DNA from: Syntrophales bacterium
Lineage (GTDB): Bacteria; Desulfobacterota; Syntrophia; Syntrophales; UBA2210
Assembly: GCA_963666365.2 (NCBI GenBank)
Contig: CAXXNF010000002.1
Location: forward strand, 1,344,001 to 1,408,000
DNA length: 64,000 bases
Reading direction: 5' to 3'
The notes under the pieces are model-generated. The model made no database searches. It saw nothing but the letters and a program-made list of their open reading frames with translations, and was not told the origin of the DNA. Positions 20,733 through 30,600 of this stretch are shown one piece after another (position 1 is the stretch's first letter; each line of letters opens with the position of its first letter). The position numbers were made by a program, and so were the translations under genes.

Positions 20733-20911
20733 TTCCCATAGAGCGACTACACACATTCATACCAGGAATCGGTCTTTCAGCAATAGGGGGGGCGCATACA
20801 TGAGTAACGAGTGCACCTGCTCACAAGGCGTTATGCAAAAGATGTCTTTCTATCGTCACTCATCCTATGAATATTTTTAACTATTCTGGCACAATAAAAA
20901 AGGGGGTTCTC

Positions 20912-23900
20912 ATGGAAAGTTCATATTCGCGGAAAGGAATCATTACTACTTTAGTAATTCTTCTTATCTTACTATTATGCGCTGCCCCGGAGGCCTCAGC
21001 GGCTGTTGAAACGGAGCCGAATGACACACTGGGCATCGCCAACAGCATCGGCGCCGGTGAGATCGTGACGGGAACCTTCTCGCCTCGGGGCGATCAGGAC
21101 TGGTATGCAGTGACCATTGACAGTCCGGGACGGCTTGAATGCGCCGTGACCTCTCCTCCTGCAAATATAAGGGCCTACATCACCATGTACAACCGCAATG
21201 CAGACTACGTATATGTAACCAGTGGCGCCATCAACGAGGGGGACGATGTCTTCCTTACTTACGATGTGCTCGAACCGGGAACCTATTATATCCGTCTTAC
21301 CGACCGCGACAACGATACTTCCGATGAATCCTACACCTTTACGGCTGATTTTACTCCGGTGGTTGACAACCGGGAACCGAACAATCAGTTGGGGCAGGCC
21401 TCTCTTATCGAAAGCACCGGCCTTACCGGCATCATCTTCGGACGAGGCGACGAAGACTGGTATAAAATTTATGCGGACGCCGAAGACACGCTGAGTTTCA
21501 CCGTCGATCCCCCCGACGAGATGAGGCCAGGCATTACCCTGTACGGACCTCACACACAGTATCTCTACGTGAACAAGACGGCGGTCAACCCGGGAGAGAC
21601 GATCACACTCACCCACACTGTCACGGAAGCCGGGTTTTATTATGCAAGGCTCACGGATGCACAGGGTCTCGGTCACACTGAGTCATACGCCATGAGCGTA
21701 AGCGGCGGTGCGCCGGGATATACGCCCCCCCTCACTCCGGCAACGATGGAAGAGGAAGACAACGGCGAGTTCGGATGGGCCAATCCCATACCTCTTGATG
21801 AATCGATCTCAGGATTGATCGGCGAAACCAACGACGAAGACTGGTACCGTTTCGACGTATCCCAGGCCGGCCAGTTGACAGTGGCGCTCACCTCCGTCCC
21901 CTCGAATCTCATGCTCAGGTTCCGTCTCTACAACAGCTCCAGGGGACACCTGCAGTCAGGACAGCCTACGAGCGCCGGGGGGTTGTTTTCGCTCATTTAC
22001 GATATCACCGAACCTGACACCTATTATCTACTGGTGGATGACCTGGACAATGATGCCTTTTCATCAACGGCCTACACCTATACCGTTTCACTGGTGGACG
22101 TACCGGATCCCTATGAACCGAACGACGATTACGGCGATGCCAGGACACTGAGTCAGATCAACCGGATCAACGGATATATATTCGAGACGGGCGATCACGA
22201 CTGGTTTCGTATATCCGTTGCCCAGGCGGGAGATCTTCGTATTGTACTGAGCGATCTTCCGGAAAATATCACTCCCCAGGTAGACCTGTACAATATGTCG
22301 AAGGACCACCTCGCAGGAAAGGGCGGCACCGCCGGCATGGATATGGAACTGATCTACACTGTCCCCGAAGCGGCTCAGTATCTGGTGCGGATAAGCGATG
22401 GCGGCAACAACGACGAATCCACCCAGCCCTACACGATGACCATTCATGGTGCGGATTTTGCCACCTATGCCCCCACCGCACGGATCGATCAGATCGATCC
22501 GGGGTCCATCGTTGTCGGCAGCAGCATTACCTTCTCCGGATCTGGCATTGACTCCGACGGAACCATTACCGCCTATTCCTGGCGCTCCAGCATCGACGGC
22601 GAATTGAGCACCGCCGCTGAATTTTCCACCAGCGCCCTCTCCATGGGCACCCACACGATCTACTTTAAGGTCCGTGATGACGATGACATATGGTCTACAG
22701 AAGTGTCTGAAGTGGTCTATGTGGGAAGCACCGTCTCCGACGAGGTGGAAGACAACGGGGAACTGGGCTTCGCCAACGAAATAGCTCTCTCACAGCCGGT
22801 AAACGCCAAGATCAATGTCGCCGGCGATCATGACTTCTTCAAGATCTATATCAGCAGGCCCGGGCGACTGACCTGTGCCGCGACCAATGTGCCCGAGAAC
22901 CTGAGACTTTACCTGACCTATTACGGCCGTAATCTGAACTATCTGTATATTTACGAGGGCGCCGCACAGGACGGTGATGACGTGTCCCTTGTGATGAATG
23001 TCACGGAACCGGGGTTTGTCTATCTTCGAATCAATGATCGTGACAACGAGTTCAACGCTGAGTTCACCTACACCCTTACGGCAATATTTGAAGAAGCGGC
23101 AGACCCCCAGGAGCCGAACGATTCAATGATCGATGCTTTTACCATGACCGGGCAGACGGTTTCCGGCTATATCTTCCCCAACGGCGACCAGGACTGGTAC
23201 ACGGTATGGGTGGATACAGGAAGCACGCTGACTGCCGAGGTTACCAACACCCCCGCCAATCTGAGGCCCTACCTCACCTTTTACGGCAGAAACTGCAACT
23301 ACCTTTATAGTTACAGTTACGCCGACAACGACGGAGACAATCCTCCTCCGCTGAACTACACCTTTGACGAGGCGGGCTTTGTCTATATAAGGGTCCATGA
23401 CCGCGACGGCGACTATAACTGGACGCAGATGTATCAGTTGACGCTTACCGGCGCACACCCGGGATACTCGCCCGCAGAAACCCCTGTGACGGCTGAAGTC
23501 GAAGACAACGGCGAGTTTGCCGACGCAAATCTCATCGCACTCGGCGCCTCCGTCTCCGGCGTCATGGACACAAGCGACGACGATGACTGGTTCAAGTTTT
23601 TCGTGCCCTCGGCCGGTGTTATTCACACAGGCCTTGAGGCAGTTCCCCCTGCTATGCGGTCACGCATCCGCCTGTGGCGGGCCGACAACGGGTATATGGA
23701 CGGCAGAAACGCCACCAATCCCGGCGATCTGCTGTCTCTGGACACACCGGTGACGCGGCCGGGCCTGTACCGGATTCTGATCGACGACCTCGAGGGGAAC
23801 GTTTCCGAGGTTCCCTATCGGCTCTCGGTCTCATTCACTGCGGCCGCGGATGCCCACGAACCGAACGGAAACTTCGGGGACGCGACGGTGCTTCAGGACC

Positions 23901-24649
23901 GGAACCGCACCCAGGGCTGGATTTTCGACCAGGGTGACGAGGACTGGTACCAGGTGCGCTGCGATGCGGGGACGGTGCTGCAGATAACCGTGGCCGATGT
24001 CCCCGCCGAAATCAGGCCCCAGATCGAAGTGTTTAACTCAAGCGGAAGCTGGCGCGCCAGCAAAACGGCCACCAATTACGGCCAGACGCTGATCCTGGAC
24101 TACACAACGGACAGAACGGCCGAATACTATTTCCGGGTCAGGCAGGCGGGAAACAACAGCTTCTCCACCCAGCCCTATACACTGATCGTCAACGGCGCTC
24201 ATTTCAACTCCTATACGCCTCTGGCCTTTATCGACTCGGTCCTGCCGAATCCGGCCACTACCGAAGACACGGTCACGCTGGAGGGGCGCGGCGAAGATGC
24301 CGACGGTGACATCATCGGCTATGAGTGGCGTTCGTCCCTCGACGGTCTCCTGAGCACCTCGCGGGTGGCCGAAGTGGGCAATCTCAGCGCGGGGCAGCAC
24401 ACCCTTTCCTTCAAGGTAAAGGACAACGATCAGAACTGGTCGCCCGAAACAAAGACCATTCTCTATTTCGGCGTGCCGGCCCCCCAGGAGGAAGAACCGA
24501 ACGACAAAATAGGATCGGCAACACCGATGGATCTGGACACCTACTATACCGGCGTCATAGACCCGGCGAATGACGTTGATTTCTTCAGGATTCATGTGGA
24601 GCAGCCGGGCACGCTCACCATCTCGGCCACCAACCCCGCGGAAGCCTGA
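20912..24649 (+). CDS. Giant secreted PPC-repeat/PKD protein, N-terminal part (signal peptide, 8.5 PPC-like repeats, 2 PKD-like domains)
   Basis: Signal peptide ending ASA; repeats E-P/D-N-D...GDxDWY...PGxYYxR; SGIDSDGTITAYSWRSS-type PKD domains; stop falls inside repeat 9. Confidence 0.85.
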   Translation: MESSYSRKGIITTLVILLILLLCAAPEASAAVETEPNDTLGIANSIGAGEIVTGTFSPRGDQDWYAVTIDSPGRLECAVTSPPANIRAYITMYNRNADYVYVTSGAINEGDDVFLTYDVLEPGTYYIRLTDRDNDTSDESYTFTADFTPVVDNREPNNQLGQASLIESTGLTGIIFGRGDEDWYKIYADAEDTLSFTVDPPDEMRPGITLYGPHTQYLYVNKTAVNPGETITLTHTVTEAGFYYARLTDAQGLGHTESYAMSVSGGAPGYTPPLTPATMEEEDNGEFGWANPIPLDESISGLIGETNDEDWYRFDVSQAGQLTVALTSVPSNLMLRFRLYNSSRGHLQSGQPTSAGGLFSLIYDITEPDTYYLLVDDLDNDAFSSTAYTYTVSLVDVPDPYEPNDDYGDARTLSQINRINGYIFETGDHDWFRISVAQAGDLRIVLSDLPENITPQVDLYNMSKDHLAGKGGTAGMDMELIYTVPEAAQYLVRISDGGNNDESTQPYTMTIHGADFATYAPTARIDQIDPGSIVVGSSITFSGSGIDSDGTITAYSWRSSIDGELSTAAEFSTSALSMGTHTIYFKVRDDDDIWSTEVSEVVYVGSTVSDEVEDNGELGFANEIALSQPVNAKINVAGDHDFFKIYISRPGRLTCAATNVPENLRLYLTYYGRNLNYLYIYEGAAQDGDDVSLVMNVTEPGFVYLRINDRDNEFNAEFTYTLTAIFEEAADPQEPNDSMIDAFTMTGQTVSGYIFPNGDQDWYTVWVDTGSTLTAEVTNTPANLRPYLTFYGRNCNYLYSYSYADNDGDNPPPLNYTFDEAGFVYIRVHDRDGDYNWTQMYQLTLTGAHPGYSPAETPVTAEVEDNGEFADANLIALGASVSGVMDTSDDDDWFKFFVPSAGVIHTGLEAVPPAMRSRIRLWRADNGYMDGRNATNPGDLLSLDTPVTRPGLYRILIDDLEGNVSEVPYRLSVSFTAAADAHEPNGNFGDATVLQDRNRTQGWIFDQGDEDWYQVRCDAGTVLQITVADVPAEIRPQIEVFNSSGSWRASKTATNYGQTLILDYTTDRTAEYYFRVRQAGNNSFSTQPYTLIVNGAHFNSYTPLAFIDSVLPNPATTEDTVTLEGRGEDADGDIIGYEWRSSLDGLLSTSRVAEVGNLSAGQHTLSFKVKDNDQNWSPETKTILYFGVPAPQEEEPNDKIGSATPMDLDTYYTGVIDPANDVDFFRIHVEQPGTLTISATNPAEA

Positions 24650-27600
24650 TGCGCACCTCTCTGGGAATGTACACAGCGAATGCCGACTGGGCCTATGTGA
24701 CCGCCTCGGCAAACGATCCGGGAGATCCCGTGACGCTTACCTGGAACATTGACGAACCGGGCGATTATTTCATCAAAATCGACGACAGCAACAACAACGA
24801 AGGCGCACAGTACACCCTTTCGGCAACCCTTCAGATCGCCCCGGATCCCTATGAACCGAATCAGGACCCCACGCATGCCGCGTCGGTGAAGATAGGCGAT
24901 ATGATACAGGCCTATATCTTCCCCGGCGGAGATCAGGACTGGTACAAGGTTGCCCTTGCCACCCCGGGCACACTGCACATGTCCCTTACGAACATGCCCG
25001 ATAATCTCAGCGGTCAGATCACGGTCTATGATCGCAACACGAGCTATACCTACGTGTATTCCTACGCCCAGAATGACGGGGACAATGTCTATCTCGACTA
25101 CAATGTGACGGCGCCGGGCACTTACTTTATCAAGATTCACGATACCGGAAACGATTTCAACGCCCAGGCCACCTACACCTTCTCAACCGGCTTTGATGCG
25201 GCGCCCGATCCCTACGAACCCAACGACGATTACTGGCACAGCACACCGCTCACTCAAAGTCCCGTTCAGGCCTACATCTTTCCGAACGGCGATTACGACC
25301 GGTACAAGTTCTATGCCGAAAGCGGCGCCGAGCTGGTGATAACGGTGGATGAAACGCCGGACAACCTGAGACCCCAGCTGCAGTTGTACAATGACAACCT
25401 GAGGTATATGTATGAACAGGCCACCACCGACGTGGAGGGAGCACCTGTTACGCTTACCTATACGGCGGAATACACCGGCTATTACTACCTGCTCGTCCGT
25501 GACAGGGACGGCGACTGGTCGTCGACGCAGACCTACCGCCTGAGCGTCACCGGGGCGGATCTGTCCTACCAGCCGAGCGGCACACCGCAGACGGCGGAAG
25601 TGGAGCCCAACAATGAATTCAGAAATGCCACGCTCATCGCAGCCGGCACTACCACAGGGACCTTCAGCGGCGACGAGGACTGGTACCGCTTTGAGGTAAC
25701 GGAACGGACACGGCTTACTCTTGCACTTTCGTCCCCGGCCACTGTGCGATCGGCAATCCGGCTCTATAACGCGAACTACAGCGAACGGGCAAGCCGTTAT
25801 GCGGAAAACGCGGGAGACTTCTCCCGGTTCAGTTTCGACATCGATGAACCAGGCATCTGGTATGTGCGCATTTACGCCGAAGATGACACCGTTTCGGCAG
25901 AGTCCTACGAATTACAGATCACGCTGGATGCCGCTCCCGATCCCTACGAACCCAATCCCGATTACGCACAGGCCACGCCGCTCGCCTTCGGCGAGCCGGT
26001 GCAGGCCTACATCTTCCCGGCGGGAGATCAGGACTGGTTCCGCATGGAAATTCCCGAACCGGGGGTGTTTCATTTTGCACTGGATAATGTTCCCCCCGGT
26101 GTCGAGATCAGCATGGCCCTGAACAATCAGGACAACAGCCATCTCTTCTCCAAAGAATCCCTGAACTACGGGACTCCCCTGGAGGAAACCTATGTGGCGG
26201 AGGAAGCAGGCGACTACTACCTGCGCATCTACGATCGTGGAAATGACGAGACCTCTGTTGCACCCTACACACTGACGGCAACCTTTACACCGTTCATCGA
26301 TCCCTGGGAATGGAACAACAACTTCGGGTATGCCACCGCGATGAATGAAGACAATCAGATTTCGGGCTTTATCTATCCCGAAAACGACGAAGACTGGTAC
26401 ACATTCATGGTTGATCAGGCGGGAATCCTGACCATCCAGTTGGCTGAAACGGAGGGCATCAGGCCCCGTATGTGGCTCTACACGGACAGTAAGGACTATC
26501 TTACGGAAATGACCGCCACAGAGCGGGGCGACGACCTTCTCATGACCTGCGAGGTCACCGTCCCCGACCGTTACTATCTGCGTATCAGAAGCGAAGACGG
26601 CGTCCATTCCATGACGCCCTACGTCCTGAACATCCGGGGCGGCGCCTTTGGCGACTACTATCCCATGGCCGCAATCGACGACATGACCCCCAATCCGGCG
26701 ATTATCGCCGAGCCCGTCACCCTTACCGGAAGCGGCTTCGATGAAGACGGGACCATCGTGGCCTACGAGTGGGTCTCCGACAGAGACGGCGCGCTGGGCA
26801 ACGACAGCGAAGCCGTCCTTTCCACCCTTACGGAGGGCGCCCACCGGATCTCCCTCCGCGTGCAGGACAACAGCGGCCACTGGTCCGGATGGGTCCACAA
26901 ACATCTTTATGTCACCGATCGGATCGTTACCGAGGCGGAATATAACGACGATATCGAACAGGCCTACCCCGTTCCCCTCTCCACATGGATCACCGGGCGA
27001 ATCTATCCGCGAAACGAGGACGATTTTTACAAGATATACCTGGAACAAAGGGGATATCTCACCACACTGGTGGACGCGGTTCCCGCCGATATGCGGGCAG
27101 CGATCGCATTCTACGACGGGAACGGCGATTACATGTACCGTAACGCCTCTGCAAACAATTTCGGCGACTGGTTCTACCGATCCGATTTTCTGGAGGCCGG
27201 CTGGTACTATGTCCGTGTCGACGACCGGGACGGCCGGAGCTATGACCGGACCTACGGGATACGGTTCGATTTCACGGCTGCTCAGGATATCCATGAACCG
27301 AACGACGATGCGGCGTCGGCCACGCCGATACCGGCCACCCACGTCGTCAGCGATGCACGCATCTGCCGTCAGGGTGATGAGGACTGGTACCGTATCACTG
27401 TCGACACGGTGGGGAAACTTGCACTCAGCATCACTCAGGCGCCCCCGGAGATGAGAGGACAAATCACGATCTATGATTCAAACATCGGGTACACCTATGT
27501 ATACGAAGACGCCTATCATGGCGGCGAGGATGTATTCCTGGACTACGACATCACGTTGCCGGGAACCTACTATATAAGGATACATGACCATGGCAATGAG

Positions 27601-30600
27601 GCCCACACCGCGCCTTACACCTTTACGAGCCGGTTTACGCCGGTGGACGATGTCTATGAATACAACGACGATGCGGGGCATGCGACACTTATGCCCCAGA
27701 GTGCGGTGGATGCCTTTATTTTCCCGCGAGGCGACGAAGACTGGTACCGTATCTATGCCGGCCAGGACGACGTGCTTTCCATGGCGGTCACCGGCACGCC
27801 TGCCGATATGCGGGCAGGCATCACCATCTATGGCCGGGATATCAATTACACCTACACCAATGAAACCGCCAATAACGACGGGGACAATGTCTATCTGACC
27901 TATACGGTTCCCAGCGACGGCTTCTACTACATTCGCGTGAGGGACGACAACGGCAGATCCCATGTGGCGTCCTACCGATTCACCGTCGAGGGAGGCACTG
28001 TCAATTATGAACCGCCCTTTGCTCCTGCAACCACAGAACAGGAACCAAACGGCGCCTTCAGCGAGGCGACCGACATCGCCCTGGATACGAATATCAGCGG
28101 CGCCATCGATCCTGGAAACGACTACGACTGGTACCGGTTCTATATCAACGCACCGGGCATCGTGACAATCTCCCACACCGGCATTCCGGCGGATGTAAAA
28201 TCGGAGATGTGGATCTACAATAGAGACTATAGCCAGACCGATTATCGCATCACGACGGAAACGGGCGTGGACAATGTCCTGGTCACGACGGTGAATGAAG
28301 GCGGCTATTATTATATCCGGTTGCGTGACAATACCGGCACCGGTTCCACCTCGGCCTACACGCTGCGCGTTACTCATCAGGCGGTCGTGGACGGGTACGA
28401 GCCGAACGACAACTTCGGATCGGCCACGCCTCTCGGCCAGGGAACCGTCCAGGGCTATCTCTTCGACGACGACGACGAGGACTGGTACCGGATCTACGTG
28501 CGGGATGCAGCCACGTTGTCAATATCACTCGACGTGGTACCTGAGGATCTCAGACCGTGGGTGGCATTGTTGGACAATAACAAATCTCAACTGGCAACCT
28601 ATGTGAACACCAACCCCGGTGTGGGCGGTGAAAATGTGATTGTCCGTGACGCACCGGAACCGGGATTCTACTATGTACGTGTTGTCGATGAAGACAATGG
28701 CTATTCGGCAAGTCCTTACACGCTGCGCATCACCGGCGCCGATTTCTCCCAGGCGCCACTTCTTGCACCGATCGGGGACCGGACCATCGACGAGACAATG
28801 GCCTACGCCTTCACGGTGGATGCCACCGATCCCGATAATCCGCAGGATCTGGTCTTTTCGGCCACCGGTCTGCCCCCAGGCGCAACCTTCGATCCGGCGA
28901 CCCGTACCTTCAACTGGACGCCGGCCCGCGGACAGAGCGGCGTCTATCCGGGAATTCATTTCGAGGTCAGCGACGGCACTTACAGTGACAGTGAAGACAT
29001 CACCGTTACTGTGGCCGCCCTGAGCCGGCCGCCGGTCCTGTCGCCCATCGGCAACAGAACGGTCAGCGTCGGAACACACCTGTCCTTTCAGATTTCGGGC
29101 GCCGACCCCGATACGGGCGACGTGCTGACCTACTCGGCAGACGGTCTGCCCAGCGGCGCCACCTTCGATCCGGCGACCAGAACCTTCAACTGGACGCCGA
29201 CGGAAAATCAGACAGGACTTCACGATGGCATCCTCTTTGAGGTGACCGACGGAAGCTGGACCGATTTCGAATACATCGATATCGAAGTAACGGCCGTCGC
29301 GCCCACTGTGATCACCGGTGATGTGTCCGATATTTCGGAAACGGGCGCCGACGCCGGCGGCGAGGTCGTCTCCGACGGCGGCGCGGACATCACCGAACGC
29401 GGAGTAGTCTACGCCCTGCACGGCGCACCCACCACTGACGACCTCACGGTGACGACAAGCTGGGCAGGCACGGGGACCTTCAATGTCACATTGCAGGGCC
29501 TTGCGCCGGCCACCCTTTATTACCTCAGGGCCTATGCCGTAAACGACGCGGGAGTCGCCTACGGCGAGGAAAGAATCTTTACCACCCTGGCTCCGACAGC
29601 ACCCATCATTACGATCTCCCCGGAATCGCACGATTTCGGCGCCGTGCCACAGGGAACCGAATCCCCGGGTCAGGTCTTTACCGTCAGAAATACGGGGAAC
29701 GCCGATCTGGTAATCGATACGGTGAGACTTACGGGCGCCAATGCAGACGAATTCGCCCTGCACAACGATTCCTGCTCCGGCCGGACGATTGCCTCCGGAG
29801 AAACCGGCGCCATCGAAGTGGTGTTCGCGCCGACATCGCCGGGAGCAAAGGGGGCATCACTTTCGCTACCCTCCAACGATCCCAGAAACCAGACCCTCCT
29901 GGTGCCGCTCACCGGCGAAGGCCTGGAGGAAGCAATACTCAAGGGGGATGTCAGCGCTGACGGCGTTGTGGACCTTGCCGACGCGATCCTGACGCTCCAG
30001 ATTGTAACGGATGGATCGCCCGCTGCAACGATAGAAGTGCGGGCCGACGTAAACGGAGACGGCAGAATCGGTCTTCAGGAGGCCCTCTACATCCTGAGAG
30101 AAGTGTCGAGCAACTCCGGGGGAGTAAGTGAAGAAGAAAAACAGCTTGCCATCCAGAAGGTGACCGAGGCCATGCCGATCATCGAAACAGGAGATTTCAC
30201 CGCGGCCAGGGCGAAATTCGAGGAAGCTCTTGCGGCGGACCCGGGGAATACAAAGGCCAACGCAGGCTATTATCTTTCGGCAGTGGGAGAAAATGCACCG
30301 GTATTTCAAAATATGATGCAGGATCTCTCCGCATCCCTTCAGGCAAACGATCTGTCTTCCGGCTATTCGCTCATGCTGCAGACGTTCAACCTCTTTGACA
30401 GGCTGCCCTTTTTCAGCCTCAGCACCACACGGGAAGGGGCATCTGTCCAGTCGGTCAAGACCCCGCTTGCGGCCTATGAAATCGATATCGATCTCGAGAT
30501 CCCCAACTCCCTCAAGGAACTGGTGCTTCGCGTGACCAAGGGGGTGCCGTTGATCGATACGAGCTATTTCGCGGCCATGAACAGTGCCAAGACACTGCTG

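Noticed and set aside
20887..20903. TGGCAC as a sigma54 -24 element
   Set aside because: No TTGC at -12, and it is too close to the start codon.
24647..24649. TGA as selenocysteine or read-through
   Set aside because: The in-frame continuation stops again within about 17 codons; homology continues in the -1 frame.
25912..27462. 516-aa antisense ORF (also 7266-8693, 12225-13382, 28525-29763, 33716-34831, 56466-57827 and others)
   Set aside because: Shadow frames opposite well-supported genes with no recognisable motifs; expected from codon bias.
21000..28750. Recurrent GACTGGTAC / GAACCGAACGAC motifs resembling a CRISPR array
   Set aside because: Spacing is about 350 nt and they encode protein repeats (DWY, EPND); no cas genes.
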